DNA of 64,000 nucleotides from Escherichia coli (GTDB lineage Bacteria; Pseudomonadota; Gammaproteobacteria; Enterobacterales; Enterobacteriaceae): NCBI RefSeq assembly GCF_041886205.1, contig NZ_CP169029.1; one strand, 5' to 3'. Shown piece by piece: positions 11,575 to 21,830 of this stretch (position 1 is its first letter; each line of letters starts with the position of its first letter). The notes under the pieces were generated by a model. It saw only the letters and a program-made list of their open reading frames with translations, ran no database searches and was not told where the DNA came from. The position numbers and the translations under genes were made by a program.

Positions 11575-12746
11575 TATTTTTCTTCCTTCTTATCGCCGTG
11601 AGCCTTACCTGCGGTATCAGACGCATTCATTTGCAGATATTTCAACAAGGTGCGTTCTTCACGTTTATCGAGACTGGTAAAGCCAATCATGCCGTTGAGC
11701 GTGCCGATCCAACCGTTAGCGTCAAAGTGGGCGATTTCCGGTGCGCCGTGGCACTGGTTACAGGTGCCGTTGTACAACGAATCCGCATAAGCCCAGATCG
11801 GTTTGATATCGTTCACCATGTCACCTTTCTTCATCCACGCAGTGGCCTGCAACTTGCTCCACTCGGTATTGGTGTCGGCAACGGTGGTTTTCTCCAGCGT
11901 TTTCACCTGCTGCTGCACATCACCACGAATCGAGGCAACAAAGATGCGTTTACCTGGGAATTGGGTGAGTACACGCTGACGTCCGGCGCTTTCCGTCCAG
12001 CCGGTAATTTCAATTTGCAGCCAGTCGCCGTCACGTTTAAGGACTTTCACTTCCGAAGCAGGCAGCAGAGAACCAGAGGCTTCTTTATCGCCTTTCGCCG
12101 CATAAATTGGCTTAATATCAATAGAGTACAGCGTGTCACCACTGTCATTAGCACTGGCGCGCAGCTCATCGAACTGCTTACGGAAGCCGCTACTCATATC
12201 CGGTAACTGGTGGGCAATACCTTTATGACAGTCGATGCAGGATTGATTATCTTTCGCTGCCACCTTCATCTGACGTGCCGCTTCAGGATGCTGCTTCGCA
12301 TGATCCATCGCGTCGTAGTTATGGCAGGAGCGGCAGGTTGCCGAGTTGTTTTCTTTCATTCGCGCCCATTCACGCTCGGCAAGTTCCGCGCGTTTGGCTT
12401 CGAATTTTTCAGGTGTATCAATGGAGTGGGCAATAAAGGTCTGGTAGATATCATTGCTCGCTTCCAGTTTGCGCTTCACCATGCCTGGAATATCCGGCGG
12501 GATATGACAGTCATGGCATTCAGCTCGCACGCCGGAGGCGTTCTGAAAATGCACCGACTGTTTATATTCTTCATACACCGGTTGCATACTGTGGCAACTG
12601 ACACAAAATTCGGTTGTGCTGGTGACTTTGATCCCAACGTGTGGCAATACAATCAGCGCAATGCCAATCACAATCCCAATAGCGACCAGCGCCAGTACCG
12701 ACCAACGAGCACTGGGTCGGCGTAGCGCGTTCCAGAGTTTCCGCAT
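11574..12746 (-). CDS. torC: TorC, pentahaem c-type cytochrome
   Basis: ORF 11574..12794; start at MRKLWNALRR; multiple CxxCH motifs. Confidence 0.9.
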   Translation of the reverse strand: MRKLWNALRRPSARWSVLALVAIGIVIGIALIVLPHVGIKVTSTTEFCVSCHSMQPVYEEYKQSVHFQNASGVRAECHDCHIPPDIPGMVKRKLEASNDIYQTFIAHSIDTPEKFEAKRAELAEREWARMKENNSATCRSCHNYDAMDHAKQHPEAARQMKVAAKDNQSCIDCHKGIAHQLPDMSSGFRKQFDELRASANDSGDTLYSIDIKPIYAAKGDKEASGSLLPASEVKVLKRDGDWLQIEITGWTESAGRQRVLTQFPGKRIFVASIRGDVQQQVKTLEKTTVADTNTEWSKLQATAWMKKGDMVNDIKPIWAYADSLYNGTCNQCHGAPEIAHFDANGWIGTLNGMIGFTSLDKREERTLLKYLQMNASDTAGKAHGDKKEEK

Positions 12747-12794
12747 AATAGCCCCTGTAAAATTATGGTTTAGTGAAGCGATCTTAATGAGCAA

Positions 12795-12857
12795 ATATGA
12801 ACAGCGGCACTGGTCAGGATGAACGGCTTACGGCAGAATATGAACAGATATGAACAG
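12795..12857 (-). promoter_or_regulatory. torCAD promoter tor boxes (TorR binding decamers)
   Basis: ATATGAACAG (reverse complement of CTGTTCATAT) at 12795-12804, 12838-12847, 12848-12857; degenerate copy GGATGAACGG at 12817-12826. Confidence 0.85.
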
Positions 12858-12875
12858 AATGAGTAAAACCCTCTG

Positions 12876-13568
12876 ATGCCACATCACATTGTTATTGTTG
12901 AAGATGAGCCGGTTACCCAGGCGCGATTACAATCTTACTTCACTCAGGAGGGGTATACCGTTTCCGTTACAGCGAGCGGTGCCGGGCTGCGGGAAATTAT
13001 GCAGAATCAGCCGGTAGATTTAATTCTGCTGGATATCAACTTACCCGATGAAAATGGCCTGATGTTAACCCGCGCCCTGCGAGAACGCTCAACGGTGGGG
13101 ATTATTCTGGTTACCGGACGCAGCGATCGGATTGACCGTATTGTTGGGCTGGAAATGGGCGCAGACGATTACGTCACCAAACCGCTGGAACTGCGCGAAC
13201 TGGTAGTACGGGTGAAAAATCTGCTCTGGCGAATCGACCTCGCGCGACAAGCTCAACCGCACACTCAGGACAACTGCTATCGCTTTGCCGGTTATTGCCT
13301 GAATGTGTCGCGCCATACGCTGGAGCGGGATGGCGAGCCGATTAAACTGACCCGCGCAGAGTATGAAATGTTGGTGGCATTTGTGACTAATCCGGGCGAA
13401 ATTCTCAGCCGTGAGCGTCTGCTGCGTATGCTTTCTGCCCGTCGGGTGGAAAACCCTGACCTGCGCACCGTCGATGTGTTAATTCGTCGTTTACGCCATA
13501 AACTCAGCGCGGATTTACTGGTGACACAACATGGCGAAGGTTATTTCTTAGCCGCTGATGTGTGTTGA
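12876..13568 (+). CDS. torR: TorR, OmpR-family response regulator
   Basis: 230 aa, receiver domain plus winged-helix; divergent from torC. Confidence 0.95.
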   Translation: MPHHIVIVEDEPVTQARLQSYFTQEGYTVSVTASGAGLREIMQNQPVDLILLDINLPDENGLMLTRALRERSTVGIILVTGRSDRIDRIVGLEMGADDYVTKPLELRELVVRVKNLLWRIDLARQAQPHTQDNCYRFAGYCLNVSRHTLERDGEPIKLTRAEYEMLVAFVTNPGEILSRERLLRMLSARRVENPDLRTVDVLIRRLRHKLSADLLVTQHGEGYFLAADVC

Positions 13569-14569
13569 TAAAAATAGACCGGACGAAATCCCCCTGGCGA
13601 CAGCGAGCGGCGGATATGTTCGCGGTCGGCATTTTTCGGCGTCAGAACTAAAATCGGTGGGCTGACATTATCAGACACCGATTGCCCCTGTAATTGCCTG
13701 ATGGCCTGCTCAACTGCCAGTTCCCCCTGCCAGACCATTTGATCGCTGGCAGCCATAATCACTCTTCCCCGCTTCAGCCCGCGATACACCTGATGTGAAA
13801 GATAAAACGACACCACGGTAAGCGGCGTTTTCAGGTTACGCCCTTCACCCATTGCCGCCTCTGCCGCAATGGCCGTTCCGGCAACGACGTCGATTTCTGG
13901 ATGGCGTTCCAGCATCTCCTGCAACAGGTTACGCTGGATTTCAATATCGTTATCACCAAGCGCAATATCAACAATACGCACCGGGCTTCCAGCAATAGCT
14001 GCGCGAAAACCCTCGGCCATCTCTTTACTGCCCCCGGCGTTATCGGGCCCGGGCATCAACAGCACGTTCAGTGGTTTACCGTGCGCCCATTGCACCAGAT
14101 ATCGCCCTGGTTGATAGCCCATCTGAAACCAGGGTACACCAACGCGGCTTTTCACCTGGGGATCATCAAGAGCATTTACCAGTTCGATCACCGGCAGACT
14201 TGCTACCTGCTTTTGCAGGTCGGGAAATGACGTCGTGCTACTACCGAGCAAAATGGCCTCTGCGCCCCACTGTTTACACTGGTCGATTTGTGCTTGCTGG
14301 GTAGCCAACTGGCTGTAGCCGCCTGCCTCCAGCACTTTTAAATCCACACCGTAGCGGCGAGCTGCCTCCTGCATACCATAGTTCAACGATAACCAGTATG
14401 AATCTTTCAGGCTGGGATAAAGCGCGCACAGTTTCCATGCGCGTTTGGCTTTAAGCGGCATAGAGGCTTGCACCGTGAAATGCTGCGCATCATGCCAGCG
14501 CAACAGGTTATCAGCCGAAAATGCCGGCAACATGAAAAGGGAAAGAAGTAAAAATAGCAGTACGCGCAT
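13541..14569 (-). CDS. torT: TorT, periplasmic TMAO-binding protein
   Basis: 342 aa with signal peptide; 3' end overlaps torR 3' end. Confidence 0.9.
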   Translation of the reverse strand: MRVLLFLLLSLFMLPAFSADNLLRWHDAQHFTVQASMPLKAKRAWKLCALYPSLKDSYWLSLNYGMQEAARRYGVDLKVLEAGGYSQLATQQAQIDQCKQWGAEAILLGSSTTSFPDLQKQVASLPVIELVNALDDPQVKSRVGVPWFQMGYQPGRYLVQWAHGKPLNVLLMPGPDNAGGSKEMAEGFRAAIAGSPVRIVDIALGDNDIEIQRNLLQEMLERHPEIDVVAGTAIAAEAAMGEGRNLKTPLTVVSFYLSHQVYRGLKRGRVIMAASDQMVWQGELAVEQAIRQLQGQSVSDNVSPPILVLTPKNADREHIRRSLSPGGFRPVYFYQHTSAAKK

Positions 14570-14651
14570 GATAGCCTCATCAATAATAAGGCTTTATGCT
14601 AGATGCATTCCGCTTTGCGACTCAACCTTTTTCACCTAAAGTGCACCGACC

Positions 14652-17396
14652 GTGAATTTAACCCTGACCCGAAGACTCTGGATGGGCTTTGCCCTGATGG
14701 CGCTGTTAACCCTGACCAGTACCCTGGTGGGATGGTACAACCTGCGCTTTATCAGCCAGGTGGAAAAAGACAACACTCAGGCATTGATTCCTACCATGAA
14801 TATGGCGCGCCAGTTGAGCGAAGCCAGCGCCTGGGAACTTTTCGCCGCGCAGAACCTGACCAGTGCCGATAACGAAAAGATGTGGCAGGCGCAGGGGCGA
14901 ATGCTCACCGCACAAAGCCTGAAGATTAATGCGTTGCTGCAAGCGTTACGGGAACAAGGTTTTGATACCACCGCTATTGAACAACAGGAGCAGGAGATCT
15001 CCCGTTCGTTACGTCAGCAAGGGGAACTGGTGGGGCAGCGTTTGCAACTGCGCCAGCAACAACAGCAACTCAGTCAGCAGATAGTCGCTGCCGCCGATGA
15101 GATCGCACGCCTGGCGCAAGGTCAGGCGAATAATGCGGCAACCTCCGCCGGAGCGACCCAGGCCGGGATTTACGATTTGATCGAACAAGATCAGCGTCAG
15201 GCTGCTGAAAGTGCACTCGACCGGCTGATTGATATCGATCTTGAGTATGTTAACCAGATGAATGAACTGCGCCTTAGCGCCCTGCGGGTGCAGCAAATGG
15301 TGATGAATCTGGGGCTGGAACAGATCCAGAAAAATGCGCCAATGCTGGAAAAGCAGCTCAATAATGCGGTGAAAATTCTGCAACGTCGGCAAATACGCAT
15401 TGAAGATCCGGGTGTTCGCGCGCAGGTCGCAACAACGTTAACTACCGTTAGCCAATATAGCGATTTGCTGGCGCTGTATCAGCAGGACAGTGAAATCAGC
15501 AATCACCTACAAACTCTCGCCCAAAATAACATCGCCCAGTTCGCGCAGTTTAGCAGCGAAGTCAGTCAGCTGGTCGACACCATTGAGCTGCGTAATCAGC
15601 ACGGACTGGCGCATCTGGAAAAAGCCAGTGCACGCGGGCAATACAGCCTGTTATTGCTGGGGATGGTTTCACTTTGCGCACTGATTCTGATCCTCTGGCG
15701 CGTGGTTTATCGCTCAGTCACGCGTCCACTTGCCGAACAAACGCAGGCGCTGCAACGGCTGCTGGACGGTGATATTGACTCCCCTTTCCCGGAAACCGCT
15801 GGCGTACGGGAGCTGGATACCATCGGGCGGCTGATGGATGCGTTTCGCAGCAGTGTTCATGCACTGAATCGCCACCGCGAACAGCTGGCGGCGCAGGTCA
15901 AAGCGCGTACAGCTGAATTGCAGGAACTGGTGATAGAACACCGACAGGCACGGGCGGAAGCAGAAAAAGCCAGCCAGGCAAAATCGGCGTTTCTGGCGGC
16001 GATGAGCCATGAGATCCGCACACCGCTGTACGGTATTCTCGGCACTGCTCAACTGCTGGCAGATAACCCCGCACTTAACGCCCAGCGTGATGATTTGCGG
16101 GCGATTACCGACTCTGGCGAATCGTTGCTGACCATCCTGAACGATATTCTCGATTATTCGGCTATCGAAGCGGGTGGCAAGAATGTTTCGGTCAGCGATG
16201 AGCCCTTTGAACCGCGCCCGCTGCTGGAAAGTACCCTGCAATTAATGAGCGGACGGGTGAAAGGTCGCCCGATTCGCCTGGCAACGGCAATTGCCGATGA
16301 TGTACCGAGCGCGTTAATGGGCGATCCACGACGTATTCGTCAGGTCATTACCAACCTATTGAGCAATGCCCTGCGTTTTACTGACGAAGGGCAGATCGTT
16401 TTACGTAGCCGCACTGATGGCGAGCAATGGCTGGTCGAAGTGGAAGACAGCGGCTGCGGTATTGATCCCGCGAAACTGGCAGAAATCTTCCAGCCATTTG
16501 TGCAGGTAAGCGGCAAACGCGGCGGCACCGGGCTGGGGCTGACTATCAGTAGCCGTCTGGCCCAGGCGATGGGCGGCGAACTCAGCGCCACCAGCACGCC
16601 GGAGGTTGGAAGCTGTTTTTGTTTACGCTTGCCGTTACGTGTTGCCACGGCACCCGTGCCAAAAACAGTCAATCAGGCGGTGCGTCTTGACGGTTTACGT
16701 TTGCTGTTAATTGAAGATAACCCGCTAACCCAGCGAATTACCGTTGAGATGCTGAACACCAGTGGTGCGCAGGTTGTTGCTGTTGGCAATGCCGCGCAGG
16801 CTTTAGAGACACTGCAAAATAGCGAACCGTTTGCTGCCGCACTGGTGGATTTTGATCTGCCGGATGTCGACGGCATTACGCTTGCCCGACAACTGGCACA
16901 GCAATATCCGTCGCTGGTTTTGATTGGCTTTAGCGCCCATGTCATTGACGAAACGCTGCGCCAGCGTACCAGTTCATTATTCCGCGGGATTATCCCTAAA
17001 CCGGTGCCGCGTGAAGTGCTCGGTCAGTTACTGGCGCACTATCTCCAACTGCAAGTCAATAACGATCAATCGCTGGATGTATCGCAACTCAATGAAGATG
17101 CTCAGTTAATGGGGACGGAGAAGATCCACGAATGGCTGGTATTATTTACACAACATGCCCTGCCGCTTCTCGATGAAATCGACATTGCCCGCGCCAGTCA
17201 GGATAGCGAGAAAATAAAGCGTGCCGCGCATCAGCTAAAAAGCAGTTGCTCGAGTTTGGGAATGCGTATCGCCAGCCAGCTATGCGCACAACTGGAGCAG
17301 CAGCCATTATCTGCCCCCCTTCCACACGAAGAAATTACACGCAGTGTTGCCGCTCTGGAAGCATGGTTGCATAAGAAAGACCTGAACGCGATTTGA
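14652..17396 (+). CDS. torS: TorS, hybrid sensor histidine kinase
   Basis: 914 aa; HisKA H-box ([11 protein letters not shown]), receiver and HPt domains. Confidence 0.95.
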   Translation: MNLTLTRRLWMGFALMALLTLTSTLVGWYNLRFISQVEKDNTQALIPTMNMARQLSEASAWELFAAQNLTSADNEKMWQAQGRMLTAQSLKINALLQALREQGFDTTAIEQQEQEISRSLRQQGELVGQRLQLRQQQQQLSQQIVAAADEIARLAQGQANNAATSAGATQAGIYDLIEQDQRQAAESALDRLIDIDLEYVNQMNELRLSALRVQQMVMNLGLEQIQKNAPMLEKQLNNAVKILQRRQIRIEDPGVRAQVATTLTTVSQYSDLLALYQQDSEISNHLQTLAQNNIAQFAQFSSEVSQLVDTIELRNQHGLAHLEKASARGQYSLLLLGMVSLCALILILWRVVYRSVTRPLAEQTQALQRLLDGDIDSPFPETAGVRELDTIGRLMDAFRSSVHALNRHREQLAAQVKARTAELQELVIEHRQARAEAEKASQAKSAFLAAMSHEIRTPLYGILGTAQLLADNPALNAQRDDLRAITDSGESLLTILNDILDYSAIEAGGKNVSVSDEPFEPRPLLESTLQLMSGRVKGRPIRLATAIADDVPSALMGDPRRIRQVITNLLSNALRFTDEGQIVLRSRTDGEQWLVEVEDSGCGIDPAKLAEIFQPFVQVSGKRGGTGLGLTISSRLAQAMGGELSATSTPEVGSCFCLRLPLRVATAPVPKTVNQAVRLDGLRLLLIEDNPLTQRITVEMLNTSGAQVVAVGNAAQALETLQNSEPFAAALVDFDLPDVDGITLARQLAQQYPSLVLIGFSAHVIDETLRQRTSSLFRGIIPKPVPREVLGQLLAHYLQLQVNNDQSLDVSQLNEDAQLMGTEKIHEWLVLFTQHALPLLDEIDIARASQDSEKIKRAAHQLKSSCSSLGMRIASQLCAQLEQQPLSAPLPHEEITRSVAALEAWLHKKDLNAI

Positions 17397-17467
17397 ATCA
17401 ATATCAGCCAGTTAAGAACAACTAGAATAGTGGCATTTGGTATGCAACTTAACGGACTGGCAAAATC

Positions 17468-18541
17468 ATGGCAGAGAAAAAAAGAACCCGCTGGCAGCGG
17501 CGGCCAGGCACGACGGGCGGCAAATTACCGTGGAATGACTGGCGCAATGCCACGACCTGGCGTAAAGCGACGCAATTATTACTGTTGGCAATGAATATTT
17601 ATATTGCCATCACGTTCTGGTATTGGGTGCGCTATTATGAAACGGCAAGTAGCACGACATTTGTCGCCAGACCGGGAGGTATCGAAGGCTGGCTACCGAT
17701 TGCCGGTCTGATGAATCTGAAATATAGCCTTACAACAGGTCAGTTACCGTCCGTCCACGCCGCCGCGATGCTGTTATTGGTCGCTTTTATCGTCATCAGT
17801 CTATTACTCAAAAAGGCCTTTTGCTCATGGTTATGCCCGGTTGGTACGCTTTCTGAATTAATCGGCGATCTCGGTAACAAACTGTTTGGTCGGCAATGTG
17901 TCCTTCCCCGCTGGCTGGATATTCCTCTGCGCGGCGTGAAGTATTTGCTGTTGAGTTTTTTTCTCTATATCGCGTTATTGATGCCCGCTCAGGCGATTCA
18001 CTATTTTATGTTGTCGCCCTACAGCGTGGTGATGGACGTTAAAATGCTCGATTTCTTTCGTCATATGGGGACCGCGACATTAATCAGCGTGACCGTTTTG
18101 CTGATTGCCAGCCTGTTTATTCGCCATGCCTGGTGTCGTTATCTTTGCCCATATGGCGCGCTGATGGGCGTGGTTTCGCTATTGTCGCCGTTTAAGATTC
18201 GTCGCAATGCCGAAAGTTGTATCGACTGTGGCAAATGCGTAAAAAATTGCCCATCACGGATCCCGGTAGATAAATTAATTCAGGTACGAACAGTGGAATG
18301 TACCGGCTGTATGACTTGCGTAGAGTCATGTCCGGTAGCCTCAACATTGACCTTTTCACTGCAAAAACCTGCGGCAAATAAAAAAGCTTTTGCGTTGTCT
18401 GGCTGGTTAATGACGCTACTGGTTCTGGGGATTATGTTCGCGGTGATTGGTTACGCAATGTATGCGGGAGTATGGCAAAGCCCGGTGCCGGAGGAATTGT
18501 ACCGACGCTTAATTCCACAAGCGCCAATGATTGGTCACTAA
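17468..18541 (+). CDS. yccM: YccM, membrane-bound 4Fe-4S ferredoxin-like protein
   Basis: 357 aa; CxxCxxCxxxCP ferredoxin motifs and TM segments. Confidence 0.85.
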   Translation: MAEKKRTRWQRRPGTTGGKLPWNDWRNATTWRKATQLLLLAMNIYIAITFWYWVRYYETASSTTFVARPGGIEGWLPIAGLMNLKYSLTTGQLPSVHAAAMLLLVAFIVISLLLKKAFCSWLCPVGTLSELIGDLGNKLFGRQCVLPRWLDIPLRGVKYLLLSFFLYIALLMPAQAIHYFMLSPYSVVMDVKMLDFFRHMGTATLISVTVLLIASLFIRHAWCRYLCPYGALMGVVSLLSPFKIRRNAESCIDCGKCVKNCPSRIPVDKLIQVRTVECTGCMTCVESCPVASTLTFSLQKPAANKKAFALSGWLMTLLVLGIMFAVIGYAMYAGVWQSPVPEELYRRLIPQAPMIGH

Positions 18542-18589
18542 ATTAGCAACAAGCGGAACATCACCTCGCACGGGGTGATGTTCACAAAA

Positions 18590-18763
18590 TCACATTATTT
18601 TGATTTTGACATCATAACTTTCAAGCCCGGTCATTTTTTCTCGTGCGGTGAAGCGAATTTCAGAGACTTCTTTCCCTGTATTCTTGTTCAGCTCGGCGAT
18701 TTTTTGCGCGATAAAGTCGGCGATTTCCGTTTCGGCTTGTTTTTTTAACTCTTCAATATTCAC
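18590..18763 (-). CDS. gnsA: GnsA, small protein (57 aa)
   Basis: Hand-translated from reverse strand: GTG start, MNIEELKKQAE...KIKIM; below ORF-track cutoff. Confidence 0.75.
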   Translation of the reverse strand: MNIEELKKQAETEIADFIAQKIAELNKNTGKEVSEIRFTAREKMTGLESYDVKIKIM

Positions 18764-18983
18764 TGTTAACCTCTTCTGGTCTTAAAAGACAGCAACACGC
18801 CAGTAAGGTGTTGGTTCCCGGTACCCTGGTCAGGTAAGAAATGTTATAAGCCATCTCCCCGAAAGATTCAATAATCAACAGGTTATCGCTTACTATACAT
18901 ACAGCGTTGAAGAAAAATAAGGCAGATATAAAAAAGGCTCCACGAGGGAGCCTGATATTATTTTGTGAAATCCAGCGGCGCAT
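18753..18983 (-). CDS. ymcE: YmcE (Sfa), small membrane protein
   Basis: ORF 18753..19016; start set at MRRWISQNN; overlaps gnsA start by 11 nt. Confidence 0.5.
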   Translation of the reverse strand: MRRWISQNNIRLPRGAFFISALFFFNAVCIVSDNLLIIESFGEMAYNISYLTRVPGTNTLLACCCLLRPEEVNSEY

Positions 18984-19156
18984 GGTCAGTGCGTATTTGC
19001 AGCGCGACGTTATCAAAGGTGATCATCGTCGATTTACAAAAAATACACTTAGCGCCCAAAGGGTTTCGCTCCGTCACATCGAATGCCGATGTGCGGTACT
19101 GTGAACCATGACAACATGGACAGCGGAAATGGAGATGTTGAGTAATAATGGCAACC

Positions 19157-19369
19157 TTAGAGCGTAACAACGTTCGCTGCCGCGGGGCCACGTTGCCCCT
19201 GCTCAATAGAAAATTCAACTTTCTGATTTTCGTTCAGCGTGCGGAATTCATTGCTCTGGATGGCGGTGAAATGGACGAAAACGTCTTTGCTGCCATCATC
19301 AGGAGTGATAAAGCCAAAACCTTTATCTGCGTTAAACCATTTTACTAAACCAGTCATTTTATTAGACAT
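19157..19369 (-). CDS. cspG: CspG, cold-shock protein
   Basis: 70 aa [18 protein letters not shown]1 motif. Confidence 0.9.
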   Translation of the reverse strand: MSNKMTGLVKWFNADKGFGFITPDDGSKDVFVHFTAIQSNEFRTLNENQKVEFSIEQGQRGPAAANVVTL

Positions 19370-19654
19370 ATTTTACTTCCTTCATTTTGGGCCTTTCGGC
19401 AAACAGGGCTTTAATACAGAAACTACTTAGTGTTCAGGAGAGAGACTCAAAAGAAGGGGATAATGCCTGATAATGAGAACTGCTTTAGTAAACTACTTTG
19501 TATGCTGTCTGTCTTTCAAACCGACGCAGCTATTAACGCATGATAATTGAGATTAAGCAAATTTTATTTTAGCCGTCCGGCGGTCTTAAATATCGCTGGC
19601 TTTATTTTATTAACCCCGTATAGTGCAGCGCAGTATTTTCAGTAAGGAATTTGT

Positions 19655-19867
19655 TTGTCCCGTAAAATGACAGGAATTGTCAAAACCTTTGATCGCAAAA
19701 GCGGCAAAGGATTCATTATCCCCTCCGACGGTCGTAAAGAAGTTCAGGTCCATATTTCCGCATTCACTCCCCGCGACGCAGAAGTGCTTATACCAGGATT
19801 ACGTGTGGAATTTTGCCGCGTAAATGGCCTGCGAGGACCAACAGCGGCAAATGTTTATCTCTCTTAA
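19655..19867 (+). CDS. cspH: CspH, cold-shock-like protein
   Basis: 70 aa CSD paralogue divergent from cspG. Confidence 0.9.
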
Positions 19868-20355
19868 TATGACGCTGCTTGTTTAAAGCTGACTGGTTTT
19901 ATTGGAATAGTGCAATAGTCAACATCATACATTATAACATCAGTTACTTTTCCACAAAGAAACTAATCCATTTAAGCGAATATCTCTGCACCTAATAGTT
20001 ATAAATGCCATTTAACAGCCAGTTATAGTACCACTTGAAACTATATTACCAACAATAATTAATAGCTTTCGTAACAATTTCCTTATCTTTAATTTGTATT
20101 TTGCTAAGATTTATCTTATGCTCACAAGTCGTATTTCCAGAGGGGGATAGTTAACAATCTTATATTTCCCTCTGCGCGCCTTTCCTACCCGCAGTATATA
20201 GTGCAAGCGGTATGAGGAAAGGGAGATTTCACAAGGATGTTATACTCAAAGTAGACAATCCTGATCTCAAGCGTACGTATTGTCCATGCGATGAATAAAG
20301 GAAAAGTTATGAAACACAAGCTTTCTGATCCTACCCACGTAATGTGGACACGGCC

Positions 20356-21222
20356 CTAAGCGAGATTATGGTTTTCAAATTGTTCCGGGCTGAGACCGCC
20401 ACAGGCACTGTGACGACGCCAGCGATTGTAATCACACTCGATATAATTAAACACCGTTGCCCGCATTATTTCCCGGCTGCTAAAGCGTTCTCCATGGATA
20501 CATTCCACTTTCAGCGAATGAAAGAAGCTTTCCACGCAGGCATTATCGTAGCAGCAACCTTTTGCGCTCATACTTCCACGCAGATTATGCCGCTTCAGTT
20601 GCGCCTGATAATCTGCTGAACAGTACTGGCCTCCACGGTCCGTGTGAACGATAACGTTCCGGGGCCTCTTACGCCGCCACAGCGCCATCTGCAGGGCATC
20701 GCAGGCCAGTTGCGCCGTCATGCGTGGCGACATTGACCAGCCAATAACGGCACGTGACCACAGGTCAATGACCACTGCCAGATACAGCCAGCCTTCATCT
20801 GTACGTAAGTACGTGATGTCTCCTGCCCACTTCTGGTTCGGGCCACTGGCGTAAAAATCCTGCTCCAACAGATTTTCTGACACAGGCAGGCCGTTTGCGC
20901 GGTAGCTGACCGGGCTGAACTTCCGGGAGGCCTTTGCCCTCAGTCCCTGACGGCGCAGGCTTGCCGCCACGGTTTTTACGTTAAAGGGGTAACCCTGAGC
21001 ACGCAGTTCATCCGTCAGGCGTGGGGCACCGTAACGCTGTTTTGACCGGGTAAAAGCCGCGAGGACAACGCTGTCGCAGTGTTGGCGGAACTGCTGACGC
21101 GTGCTTATCCTTGTCCGCCGCTGACACCACGTATACCAGCCGCTGCGGGCCACCCGGAGCACGCGGCACATTGCTTTGATGCTGAACTCAGCCTGATGTT
21201 TTTCAATAAAGACATACTTCAT
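20356..21222 (-). CDS. insF: IS3 transposase OrfB (InsF), DDE integrase domain
   Basis: 288 aa, recognised IS3 InsF sequence. Confidence 0.95.
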   Translation of the reverse strand: MKYVFIEKHQAEFSIKAMCRVLRVARSGWYTWCQRRTRISTRQQFRQHCDSVVLAAFTRSKQRYGAPRLTDELRAQGYPFNVKTVAASLRRQGLRAKASRKFSPVSYRANGLPVSENLLEQDFYASGPNQKWAGDITYLRTDEGWLYLAVVIDLWSRAVIGWSMSPRMTAQLACDALQMALWRRKRPRNVIVHTDRGGQYCSADYQAQLKRHNLRGSMSAKGCCYDNACVESFFHSLKVECIHGERFSSREIMRATVFNYIECDYNRWRRHSACGGLSPEQFENHNLA

Positions 21223-21518
21223 TTCAGGCGCTTCGCGAAGTATGTCGCGGCCTTTTGGAGGATAGCCAGCTCTTCATCCCGTTCTGCCAGCTGGCGTTTG
21301 AGACGTGCAATCTCGGTAGACATCTCCAGTTCACGTTCAGAAGACGTCTGCTGATTTTGCTGTTTACTGCGCCAGTTGTAGAGTTGTGATTCATACAGGC
21401 TGAGTTCACGGGCTGCGGCAGTAACACCGATGCGTTCAGCAAGCTTCAGGGCTTCACTGCGAAATTCAGGCGAATGCTGTTTACGGGGTTTTTTACTGGT
21501 TGATACTGTTTTTGTCAT
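21219..21518 (-). CDS. insE: IS3 OrfA (InsE), HTH protein; -1 frameshift partner of InsF
   Basis: ORF 21219..21527; start at [10 protein letters not shown]; stop overlaps insF ATG (ATGA). Confidence 0.9.
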   Translation of the reverse strand: MTKTVSTSKKPRKQHSPEFRSEALKLAERIGVTAAARELSLYESQLYNWRSKQQNQQTSSERELEMSTEIARLKRQLAERDEELAILQKAATYFAKRLK

Positions 21519-21830
21519 GTGAGTCACCTCTGACTGAGAGTTTACTCACTTAGCCGCGTGTCCACTATTGCTGGGTAAGATCAGCTGCTGGCGCTGTCGG
21601 CACGGCGACAGTTGTCGGTGTGGCAACGGCTGTTGGTGTGGCGACGTTGGCAGTTGTTGCAGCAAATGACAGTGGCGATGGCGGTTCTCATAACACCTCA
21701 ACCACCACGTCCACTACACGCTAATACTGCTTTAACGCGTCGAAATTAAAGTTAAATGATACCCGGTTGCGATATTCGTACCGGGCTTTAGAGATTTGCA
21801 TTTTTTTAATTAACCTTTCAAGGATTAAAG

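Larger units (their letters stand above)
20326..21583 (-). mobile_element. IS3 insertion sequence (1258 bp)
   Basis: Terminal inverted repeats TGATCCTACCCACG (20326-) and CTGGGTAAGATCA (-21583); encodes InsE and InsF. Confidence 0.95.
20309..21724 (+). pseudogene. gfcA: gfcA (threonine-rich small membrane protein) interrupted by IS3
   Basis: ATG AAA CAC AAG CTT TC (MKHKLS) abuts IS3 end at 20326; in-frame 46-codon tail AAGAVGTATVVGVATAVG...TSTTR resumes at 21584. Confidence 0.65.

Noticed and set aside
11463-12725. Plus-strand ORFs of 247 and 171 aa antisense to torC
   Set aside because: Shadow ORFs opposite a known cytochrome gene; amino-acid composition is typical of antisense frames.
21584-21724. 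Repetitive GT-rich stretch (GGCACGGCGACAGTTGTCGGTGTGGCAACGGCTGTTGGTGTGGCG) considered as a possible CRISPR or tandem repeat
   Set aside because: It is the in-frame Gly/Ala/Val/Thr-rich coding tail of gfcA; no repeat-spacer periodicity and no cas genes nearby.
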